Shown piece after piece: positions 55,904 through 64,000 of a DNA stretch of 64,000 nucleotides. Position 1 is the first letter of the stretch; every line of letters begins with the position of its first letter. The stretch is from assembly GCF_049554935.1 (NCBI RefSeq), contig NZ_CP186926.1:128001-192000 (forward strand), given 5' to 3'. Below the pieces are notes generated by a model. It did not search any database, was not told where the DNA came from, and worked only from the letters and a program-made list of their open reading frames with translations. This stretch comes from Methanocaldococcus indicus (GTDB taxonomy: Archaea > AGJL01 > Methanococci > Methanococcales > Methanocaldococcaceae). Position numbers and translations under genes: made by a program.

Positions 55904-58900
55904 TTAATTTATAGATATTATTTCTTTATAGAGTTCATCTAAAACTTTTTGATAATCTTCTTTTCCCTCTTCTATTAAATCCATTTTTTTCTCTAACTCT
56001 CTTGTTCTTTCTTCTGAGATTAAATGATAATAGTTGTTAATTAAATAGTTATATACTTCAATTCCTAACTTAGTTGGAATAAGCTTACCTTTATTTTTAC
56101 TTTTTACTACATAACCTCTATCTAACAATTTTTTAATAATTTGGGCATAAGTAGAAGGTCTTCCTATACCTCTCTCTTTCATTAATTTAACAACTTCCCC
56201 CTCATCATACAGAGGTTTAGATGGAACTTTCTTAATATCTTTTTCTAAAATTTTTAGTTTATCCTTCTCTATCCTTGGAAGTTTTTTTAGATAGATATTG
56301 TAAAATCTTAGCCAACCATCAAACTTAATATCTATATAACCCTCAACTTTCTCATTCAATTCTTTTATATATATTTCTTCATACTCTAAAATTGCTTCCT
56401 TTGTTTGTGATGCTATAAACCTTTTAAATATTAAGTCATAAACTTTTATGTGATTTTTAGTTAGTTTTATATTATTTTCTTTTAAAAATTCTATAAATTC
56501 CTCAGTGTCCATTGGCTTTGTTGGACGAATACATTCATGTGCTCCTTCCATATAATACTCTCTATTTTTAAGATATTCCTCTAAATTTTTAAGTTTTAAA
56601 TATTCTTTTGCAACCTTCATTCCATCTAATGATACTCTTGTTGAAGACGTTCTATGATATGTGCAGTTGTGTGAGATAACACCATTGGATATGAAATTTT
56701 GGTTATTTTCAATGCTTAAATCATAGACATATCCATTATAAGGAATATCTTCCACTTTTTTGACTCTAACAAATGATATGTCCCCATAAACAATCTTTTC
56801 TAAAAATTTCTTATGTTCTGAATTATTTGCATATCTCAGCACTGTTTTTAATTTTTTCCTTGGAATATTATTTGTTTTCTTTTTATACCAATTTTCAATA
56901 TGTATTTTGGTATCTTCTAAGATTTTTTTTCTTCCTTTTTCAAATGTTAATTTCTCAAATATTTCTTTTACTGGTAGTAAATCACATTCAAATCTTTCTT
57001 TATGTTCTTTTTTATATGTCTTATAACAATTTATGAAAATATCTTTTCTAATTCTCAAATATACTGCAATTTTCTCCTTAAATCTCTCTAATGACTTATT
57101 GCTTATTATTAAAGAATAAGCTTCTCTATTTTTATGTATAGTATTTAAGATACCAATTGAGTTTAAGTAAATTCCTATCTTTTCTAAAACATCTTTTCTT
57201 TTTGATGTTAAAGTCATTCTTAAATTATGTTTTTTTACCTTTTTATCATAAAGTAGTGAGAAGCATCCATCTGTATCAAAATATCCAGCAATTAATGCAT
57301 TTATATAACTCTCTGGAAGAGAGAAAATAATACCATTTAGTTTTCCATCTCTCATTCCTAATTTTCTTAAAATTTCAGCAATAATTGGATTTGAGATATT
57401 TACTTGACCACCAGAAATCCAATTATGTAAGAATGGGAATATATCATCCAATATTCTTTTAACATCCTTTAATGGTGTTTGTGAAATCTTAATTTTACTA
57501 TCCTGAATACATCCATCTCCTAACACTAAACCAGCAAAATACCAAAACTTTTCATCTAACTTAAATAATGGGATTTTCTTAGTACCTGCAACACTTTTAT
57601 ATATGTATTTTGCTTCTTTCTCAACATCATTTAAATTGAAATTCCATTCAATTAAATATTTTAATGGAACTCTTCTGTTTCTTAAATATTTATATTTTGT
57701 GCTTGTTTTAATGTTATTTCTGATAAATTCTGCTATTTTTTCAAATATAGTAGAGTTTTCATCAAACTCTATTAATACATTAGTTATATCCAAATATTTT
57801 AAAAGATTTAATAGGGAAATTGGCTTCCTTTCAACTTTATAGTTAAATGGCATTGCAATGTAATCATTTTCTTTAATATCTTTTGCAGGTATCCACCTTA
57901 GTTGAGAATCTCTTAAAACTAATAAGCAGTGGTCTGGAGTTGCTTTTAACTCATAATTATTTGATAGGACAATTTTTCTTAAATTTCCATTATATTTTAA
58001 TTTCCAGAATTTAATAGATGTATCTCTTTTAATTGATAAATCATCCAAATCTAATGATAGAATATTTCTCTCTTTAGCATTGACAATATCCTCAATTGTC
58101 TCAATTCTTCCATCTCCTAATACAACATAAGTATCTGGGGTTAAACATAGCCCTAACTCAAACAAATCTTGGGCAATTCTCATTACTTCATCTACTCCTA
58201 AACCAAATCTTTTAGTTGCTTCCTCCAATAAAGTGTCTGTTGTAAATGGTGGTAATGGTGAGAGTGTTTTTTCATAAATATTTACATCTACACTAACCTC
58301 ATCCAAATTAAAATCATCCTCTACAACTTTTCCAATATATATATCTCCTTCCAATCTTAATGTTAGATAAGGAACTCTCTTTTTGTATTCTTCATATCTC
58401 TCTATAATCCAACCTAATACAGGGGTTTGCACTCTTCCAGCAGAAAGATAGTTCTTATTAAATACTTCCCAAAGTTTTTCACTTAATCTAAAACCTATCC
58501 ATCTATCTTCTATCCTTCTAACAACTTGACTTTTAACTTTATTCTCATCCATATCTAACTTTTCATTATTCTTAAATTGCTCAACAGCTCTTAAAATTGC
58601 TCTCTTAGTTATTTCATTAAATCCTAATCTATAAATATTTCTGTTAAATGGTAGTGAGTTAAGATAGATATCATAACCTATTTTTTCTCCTTCTGTATCT
58701 ATATCTGTAGCTATAAATATTGCATCAACTTCATCAGCTATCTCCCTTATAACTTCAATATTGTCCTTACTATCCATAAAATTGATTTTTTCCCCTTTCT
58801 CTAAAAGAGATTTTATTATTTCATCTACATTTTTTTGGTCTGTAAATTGCTCTCCATTTATCTTTTTAATTGAGCAATAAATTGGAATATATATATTGTT

Positions 58901-60739
58901 AATTTTTACTCCATAAAATCCTTCTCTTGTTACTAAATCAAAGACATGTCCTCCACTTGCAGTAATTAGTAAATTTAAATCTCCAATACAAATTTCATAT
59001 ATATTTCTATTATTAATTTTTCTTACAGATGGCTTACCAAAGAAGTTTGCAATAGTTCTTGCTTTATTAGGACTTTCAACAACCATTAATACAGATTTTA
59101 ATAAATCTGGGACTTTACCTATTTTTCTTCCTTCTTTCAATTTTTTTCTGTCTTCATCTATCTTTTTTAAAAGTTCTTCTATATTTATTTCTTCCAATCT
59201 TTTAAATTCACTTTCATACATAAATAGCATATATTTTTTTAAATGTTCAAAAATTTCATTGTCATCAACTAATACAATACTTGCTCCTTTTGTTAGACCA
59301 AACTCTGTCATCCTTGAAGTTCTTCCAGATGCTTGGATATATGTTTTAATATCAGGAATCAAAATATATATATCTCCTTCAATTTCTCTCAATGAAAATC
59401 TTTTTAATCCAACTTTTTTCTCTAAAATCTCTCTAATTTCATCTAAGCTCTTACCTTCTATTTCAATATCTTCTTTTAATTTACCCTTTTCTTTTAAGCT
59501 TTCTAAGTATTCCTTAACTCTCATCTTAAATTTTGGAATTCCATAAAATATGGCATATCTTACTCTTTCAGGGATATCTAAACCTCTAACTAAGACACCA
59601 TAATATGAGGCAACTCCTACTAAGATATCAATCTTTCCATCTTTAAAATCATCAAATCCTTTTTTATCTTTTGAATGTATTAATTTAGCATTTATCCCTT
59701 CTTTTATTAAGAGTTCTTCTATTTCCTTAGCTTTTTCAACACCATAATCTAAGGATACAAAAACTAATCCACCTGAGCCAAACTTTTTTATAATCTCTAA
59801 AATCTTGTTTTCATCAAAGTCAGTATATAAATCTTCAACATCTCTTAACTTATTCATTCCAAAACCAACTTCAAAATCTAACAACTCCCTATATAGTTTA
59901 ACTCTATCTCCATAACTTTTTCCAGTTGCAGAAGCAACAACTAAACAACCATGATTTATATTTTTTATTTTTTCTTTTAGTTTTTCTCTTAATTCCATAG
60001 CATTCTCTAACTTACCTTTTCTAATTAGATAAATTATCTTATAAGCTTCATTTATAATCTCTTCACTAAATCCTAAAAGTTTTAAAGTTCTATCTATATT
60101 TTTAGATGCTTTTAAAAGAGCATCAACATCATCAACAAAGATAAAGTCAAATTTAGTATTTAACTCATGCTTAGCTAAAAAGTTGGATGTTGTAATTAAT
60201 ATATCAAATTCATTATTCTCTATACACTCCTTAACTTCTTTTTTCTCTTTATTTTTTAATTCAGAGTGGTATGCCATAACTTTAATATTTAAATTTCCTT
60301 TTTCAATTAAAGATAAAGCTCTTTCATAAGTTTGTTTTACTAAGAGTGTTGTTGGCAAAATAATATAGCACTTTTTTCCTTTTTTAGATAGATATAGGGA
60401 CATTAAGAGTCCAAAGAAACTCTTACCTACTCCTGTTGGAGCTACAATAGAGAAACTCTTATTTTTTAAAACTCTCTTAGCCCAAGTTTTTTGGATACTT
60501 AATAACTCAATGTCCAATTTTTTTGCAAATTCTTCAAATTCTTTAAATTCGTTCCAAACTTTGCAGTATGTTCTTAATTCTTTTAATTTATCATTTTCTT
60601 TTAAAATTCTGCACAATTCTAATTTATCTATAATCTTCTCTATATCCAAACAATTATTACAAACTCCTACATTTAACCTATCTGATGTTATCTCATTCTT
60701 ACAGTTTGGGCACATCTCTTTAAATATCATTGGTATCAT
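55904..60739 (-). CDS. rgy: Reverse gyrase with intein
   Basis: N-terminal CPNC, APTGVGKS, DDVD, RGLD.PER, QASGRTSR, VESPNKA, SAGRVQTP, catalytic TYHRT, GIGRPSTYA. Confidence 0.97.
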   Translation of the reverse strand: MIPMIFKEMCPNCKNEITSDRLNVGVCNNCLDIEKIIDKLELCRILKENDKLKELRTYCKVWNEFKEFEEFAKKLDIELLSIQKTWAKRVLKNKSFSIVAPTGVGKSFFGLLMSLYLSKKGKKCYIILPTTLLVKQTYERALSLIEKGNLNIKVMAYHSELKNKEKKEVKECIENNEFDILITTSNFLAKHELNTKFDFIFVDDVDALLKASKNIDRTLKLLGFSEEIINEAYKIIYLIRKGKLENAMELREKLKEKIKNINHGCLVVASATGKSYGDRVKLYRELLDFEVGFGMNKLRDVEDLYTDFDENKILEIIKKFGSGGLVFVSLDYGVEKAKEIEELLIKEGINAKLIHSKDKKGFDDFKDGKIDILVGVASYYGVLVRGLDIPERVRYAIFYGIPKFKMRVKEYLESLKEKGKLKEDIEIEGKSLDEIREILEKKVGLKRFSLREIEGDIYILIPDIKTYIQASGRTSRMTEFGLTKGASIVLVDDNEIFEHLKKYMLFMYESEFKRLEEINIEELLKKIDEDRKKLKEGRKIGKVPDLLKSVLMVVESPNKARTIANFFGKPSVRKINNRNIYEICIGDLNLLITASGGHVFDLVTREGFYGVKINNIYIPIYCSIKKINGEQFTDQKNVDEIIKSLLEKGEKINFMDSKDNIEVIREIADEVDAIFIATDIDTEGEKIGYDIYLNSLPFNRNIYRLGFNEITKRAILRAVEQFKNNEKLDMDENKVKSQVVRRIEDRWIGFRLSEKLWEVFNKNYLSAGRVQTPVLGWIIERYEEYKKRVPYLTLRLEGDIYIGKVVEDDFNLDEVSVDVNIYEKTLSPLPPFTTDTLLEEATKRFGLGVDEVMRIAQDLFELGLCLTPDTYVVLGDGRIETIEDIVNAKERNILSLDLDDLSIKRDTSIKFWKLKYNGNLRKIVLSNNYELKATPDHCLLVLRDSQLRWIPAKDIKENDYIAMPFNYKVERKPISLLNLLKYLDITNVLIEFDENSTIFEKIAEFIRNNIKTSTKYKYLRNRRVPLKYLIEWNFNLNDVEKEAKYIYKSVAGTKKIPLFKLDEKFWYFAGLVLGDGCIQDSKIKISQTPLKDVKRILDDIFPFLHNWISGGQVNISNPIIAEILRKLGMRDGKLNGIIFSLPESYINALIAGYFDTDGCFSLLYDKKVKKHNLRMTLTSKRKDVLEKIGIYLNSIGILNTIHKNREAYSLIISNKSLERFKEKIAVYLRIRKDIFINCYKTYKKEHKERFECDLLPVKEIFEKLTFEKGRKKILEDTKIHIENWYKKKTNNIPRKKLKTVLRYANNSEHKKFLEKIVYGDISFVRVKKVEDIPYNGYVYDLSIENNQNFISNGVISHNCTYHRTSSTRVSLDGMKVAKEYLKLKNLEEYLKNREYYMEGAHECIRPTKPMDTEEFIEFLKENNIKLTKNHIKVYDLIFKRFIASQTKEAILEYEEIYIKELNEKVEGYIDIKFDGWLRFYNIYLKKLPRIEKDKLKILEKDIKKVPSKPLYDEGEVVKLMKERGIGRPSTYAQIIKKLLDRGYVVKSKNKGKLIPTKLGIEVYNYLINNYYHLISEERTRELEKKMDLIEEGKEDYQKVLDELYKEIISIN
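56666..58147 (-). mobile_element. Reverse gyrase intein (494 aa) with LAGLIDADG homing endonuclease
   Basis: LFELGL|CLTPDTYV, ATPDH, LAGLIDADG motifs FAGLVLGDG and IAGYFDTDG, VYDLS...NFISNGVISHN|CTYHRT. Confidence 0.95.
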
Positions 60740-60981
60740 AGTTACTCACTCATTAAATTTTTGAATGTATTTTTATTATCCATTATCCATAAAGATTTTT
60801 AAATTTAAAAATTATGCTCTCATCAACATATATGTTTTAAAATTAAGTTGTAGATATAGACAATTAAACTATTAAATTCTTAGAAAATTTAAAATCTTAC
60901 TATGACTATTTATTATATATTTCTTTGTTTGAACAAGATGTATTAAAATACTTTGTTAAAAATATAAATTGGTGAAGGTAT

Positions 60982-61761
60982 TTGAAAAAAAGGAACATAA
61001 CTGAACTACAAATTTTAGCTGAAATTTTAAGAAAACAGCCTCATATAAAACAGAAAGAAATAGCTGAAAATTTAGGAATAACTGTTCAAGCTGTTTCAGA
61101 GCATATTAGGAATTTAGTTAAAGAAGGATATATTACTGCAAAAGGTAGAGGAGAGTATGTAATAACTGAGAAAGGAATTAAAAAATTAAAAGATTGGATG
61201 TCTGAATTTAAGAAATATTTAGAAGAGATATCAGCAGCCATATATAGATATAAAGATGTTTGGCCAGCAATTGCAGAAGAAGATGTTAAAGAAGGAGATG
61301 AAGTATATCTCTATATGTATAGAGGAAATATATATGCCTCAAAAAATAAAAAAACAAGTGCAAAAGGAACTGTTTTAGTTGGTGGCAAAAAAGGAGAAGA
61401 TATAGCTTTACATAATTTATCTGGAATAATTCCAATTGACAGGGATGTTAAAGTTTATATCTTTAAAGTTCCACCAGAAATATTTGGAGGTTCTAAGAAA
61501 GTAGATTATGATTTAATTAAAGAGAATATCAAAAATTTAGATAACTATGTTGTTGCTACAATGGGAACTGTTGGATATGTTGTTGCTAATAAACTCAATT
61601 TAACACCTGAGATTAGATTTGCAGTTGGAGATGGAATAATTAAAGCAATTGAAAGAGGTACAAATGTTATTCTATTTGTTACTGGAAAGATGTCTGAAAA
61701 GATTATTAAAAAATTAGAAAAACATAAAATATCATATCAAATTACTGATGTTCAAAGGTGA
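60982..61761 (+). CDS. Winged-helix transcriptional regulator (COG1497-like)
   Basis: QKEIAENLGITVQAVSEHIRNLVKEGY...GRG.Y..T.KG. Confidence 0.82.
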   Translation: MKKRNITELQILAEILRKQPHIKQKEIAENLGITVQAVSEHIRNLVKEGYITAKGRGEYVITEKGIKKLKDWMSEFKKYLEEISAAIYRYKDVWPAIAEEDVKEGDEVYLYMYRGNIYASKNKKTSAKGTVLVGGKKGEDIALHNLSGIIPIDRDVKVYIFKVPPEIFGGSKKVDYDLIKENIKNLDNYVVATMGTVGYVVANKLNLTPEIRFAVGDGIIKAIERGTNVILFVTGKMSEKIIKKLEKHKISYQITDVQR

Positions 61762-61764
61762 GTA

Positions 61765-62853
61765 TTGTTGTTAATTGCTCACTTGTCAGATACTCATTTA
61801 GGATATAGGCAGTATAAATTAGATGAAAGAGAAGAGGACATTTACAACTCTTTTAAAGAATGTATTAATAAAATTATTGAAATTAAGCCAGATATTGTTA
61901 TCCATTGTGGAGATTTGTTCCATAGCACAAAACCACCAATTAGAGCTTTGAGGTTGGCTATATCAGCTTTTAGAAAATTAAAAGAACTAAATATTAAAAC
62001 TTATATAATTCCTGGAAACCATGAAATTCCTGGAAGGAGAAAGGTAGAGAGTCCTCTATCATTAATTAAAGATTATGTAAAAATATTGGATGGGAACTAT
62101 GATGTTATTAATGAATTATTTATATGTGGATGCAAATATACAAGAGATTATAATAGACAGGAATTATTAGATAAAATTAACTATCTGGATTGTTTAGCAA
62201 AAGAATATAAAAAATCCATAATAATGTTACATCAAGGGGTTTATCCATATATACAGGACTATGAATTATATAAAGAGAACTTGCCAAGAAATATAAAATA
62301 TATAGCTCTTGGACATCTCCATAATAGAATTTTAGAAAACTTGGATAATGATAGGTTATTAGCTGTCTCTGGCTCAACTGAGATAATTGATAGGAGAGAG
62401 TATGAAGATTACTTAAAAAATGGTAAAGGATTTTATTTATTTGATTATAGCAAAGATTTAGACAAAAATGATATTGAAAGAATAAATATAAAATGTAGAG
62501 ATTTTGTTGAAGTAAATATTGAAAATTTAGATGATATTGAAAGTTATATAAATAAAATAAAATCTTTAAATAAACCTATTGTCTTTGGAAAAGTAAGATT
62601 AGATTTAAGAAGTATATTTGAGAGGAAAATAAAAGGACTTGTATTGGCCAATAGAGTAAGATACTATGAAGATATTAAGGATATTGAAGTAGAAAGTAGA
62701 GAGAGTATAGATACAAAAAAACTATTGTATGAGTTTTGTGAAAAAAATAAAGTTGATGGTGAATTTGCCTATAAAATATACAAACTTGTCTCTGAGAATA
62801 ACTTAGATGAATTAAAGAACTTTATTAATGAATATTATAAATCTAAGTTTTAA
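61765..62853 (+). CDS. mre11: DNA double-strand break repair nuclease Mre11
   Basis: SDTHLGYRQY...REED, HCGDLFH, PGNHE, MLHQ, ALGHLH, SGSTE. Confidence 0.88.
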   Translation: MLLIAHLSDTHLGYRQYKLDEREEDIYNSFKECINKIIEIKPDIVIHCGDLFHSTKPPIRALRLAISAFRKLKELNIKTYIIPGNHEIPGRRKVESPLSLIKDYVKILDGNYDVINELFICGCKYTRDYNRQELLDKINYLDCLAKEYKKSIIMLHQGVYPYIQDYELYKENLPRNIKYIALGHLHNRILENLDNDRLLAVSGSTEIIDRREYEDYLKNGKGFYLFDYSKDLDKNDIERINIKCRDFVEVNIENLDDIESYINKIKSLNKPIVFGKVRLDLRSIFERKIKGLVLANRVRYYEDIKDIEVESRESIDTKKLLYEFCEKNKVDGEFAYKIYKLVSENNLDELKNFINEYYKSKF

Positions 62854-63796
62854 AATAGAACATCTTTAAGTATTCTAATAAATCATTAACATCGTCCATT
62901 TTCTCTAACTCTTTAGTAGATATAACAGGAATATTTTTATATTCTTTTTCTTTCTTTTTTAATATTAAAACTGAAAACCCATTAATTAATTTTGATAGTT
63001 CTTTTACAATTAGAGCTCTCTGTTCTACATCTTCATTTGCTCTCTCTTCAATATTTGTCAGTAAGATTATGTTTTTTTTCTTCTCTTTTCCCTCTTCTAA
63101 AGCATCAAATGGAGCCTTTTCAAAAACAAAAGATTTAAATCCTAAACTATTAAAAATATTTATAATTTCCTGTTTGTAGTCATCCAATGGCTTATCTTCT
63201 TCTATATTTTTGTCATTTTCATCTTCAATTGGCTCAAATAAATCAATACCTCTAACTAATGGAGCATCTAAACATTCCTCTATTTTCATTGCTACTTCAA
63301 CTGATGGGTTTGCTGAGTATGTCTCATACTTATATATTGCTTTTCTTGAAACTCCTACCATCTCAGCCAATTTTCCAGCAGATATTCCTCTCTCTTCTCT
63401 AACTCTTTTTAAGGTTTCTCCATCTATCTTTACAAAACATCCTCCTCTATATGCATAAATAATGGGTGGGCTACCTTCTAAAAAATCTTTTAATGTCTCC
63501 AAAGTAACTGATTTTATGTTGTATCTATCATAGACAATACCTCTCTCCATAGGAGCATTTCTTGTCCTTACACCAATAATCAAAGGAACAGCAGATAAAA
63601 CCCTACAAATCTTTTTTAATTCAATTGATTGTTCTCTACTAATACTATCAATGTTTTTTAAAATTTTTAATATTAGTTTTACATCATCTCTACATGCTAA
63701 AATATCAAAACAACTTCTTCCAAGTGGCTTAGATACTATAAAGTTGTGTGTTTTTAATAAATTAATACATTCAGATATTATAATCTCTCTCATCAT
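62843..63796 (-). CDS. Archaeal Cro/C1 HTH transcriptional regulator (COG1395-like)
   Basis: SCFDILA..LKILKNID, GIVYDRY, RGG.FV.IDG..L...RE, LA..VGVSRKAIYKYE, APFDA. Confidence 0.82.
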   Translation of the reverse strand: MMREIIISECINLLKTHNFIVSKPLGRSCFDILACRDDVKLILKILKNIDSISREQSIELKKICRVLSAVPLIIGVRTRNAPMERGIVYDRYNIKSVTLETLKDFLEGSPPIIYAYRGGCFVKIDGETLKRVREERGISAGKLAEMVGVSRKAIYKYETYSANPSVEVAMKIEECLDAPLVRGIDLFEPIEDENDKNIEEDKPLDDYKQEIINIFNSLGFKSFVFEKAPFDALEEGKEKKKNIILLTNIEERANEDVEQRALIVKELSKLINGFSVLILKKKEKEYKNIPVISTKELEKMDDVNDLLEYLKMFYFKT

Positions 63797-64000
63797 ACCA
63801 CCTCTAAACTCATCTTCTATATAATAATTTCTATTAAAGTTTATAAATTTAATGCATATATATCAAAAATTTTAAAGTATAAAATTTAGATTGCACCAAT
63901 AATATTAATTAAATTATTTATTTATTAATTTAAATTAACAAAATAGAAAAGTATATATAGAACTTCTAAGACATAAAATTAGTAAGAAGAAAAAAAAGGT

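Overview
AT-rich, densely packed archaeal chromosome segment from a hyperthermophilic Methanococcales methanogen, most consistent with Methanocaldococcus (mch, methanogen-type SerRS, SepRS, methanogenesis markers, reverse gyrase). It is mostly housekeeping: five aminoacyl-tRNA synthetases, a GC-rich minus-strand 16S-tRNA-Ala-23S operon with no linked 5S, and purine, biotin, riboflavin and polyamine genes. I saw no CRISPR array, IS element or prophage. The most notable observations are: (1) a protein fusing an intact-looking PINA-type PIN nuclease domain to an archaellum ArlD/E (FlaD/E) domain, far from any archaellum operon; (2) inteins at the same site, next to the catalytic Tyr, in both type IA topoisomerases (a 161-aa mini-intein in topA and a 494-aa LAGLIDADG intein in rgy); (3) a purK-purE pair that looks Thermococcales-like; (4) a 14-residue-repeat protein with a possibly degenerate NYN-like tail; (5) a possible tandem Sm-like protein; (6) a one-base frameshift in truD; and (7) small ORFs missed by the ORF track. 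All family assignments come from motif recognition by eye, not database searches.
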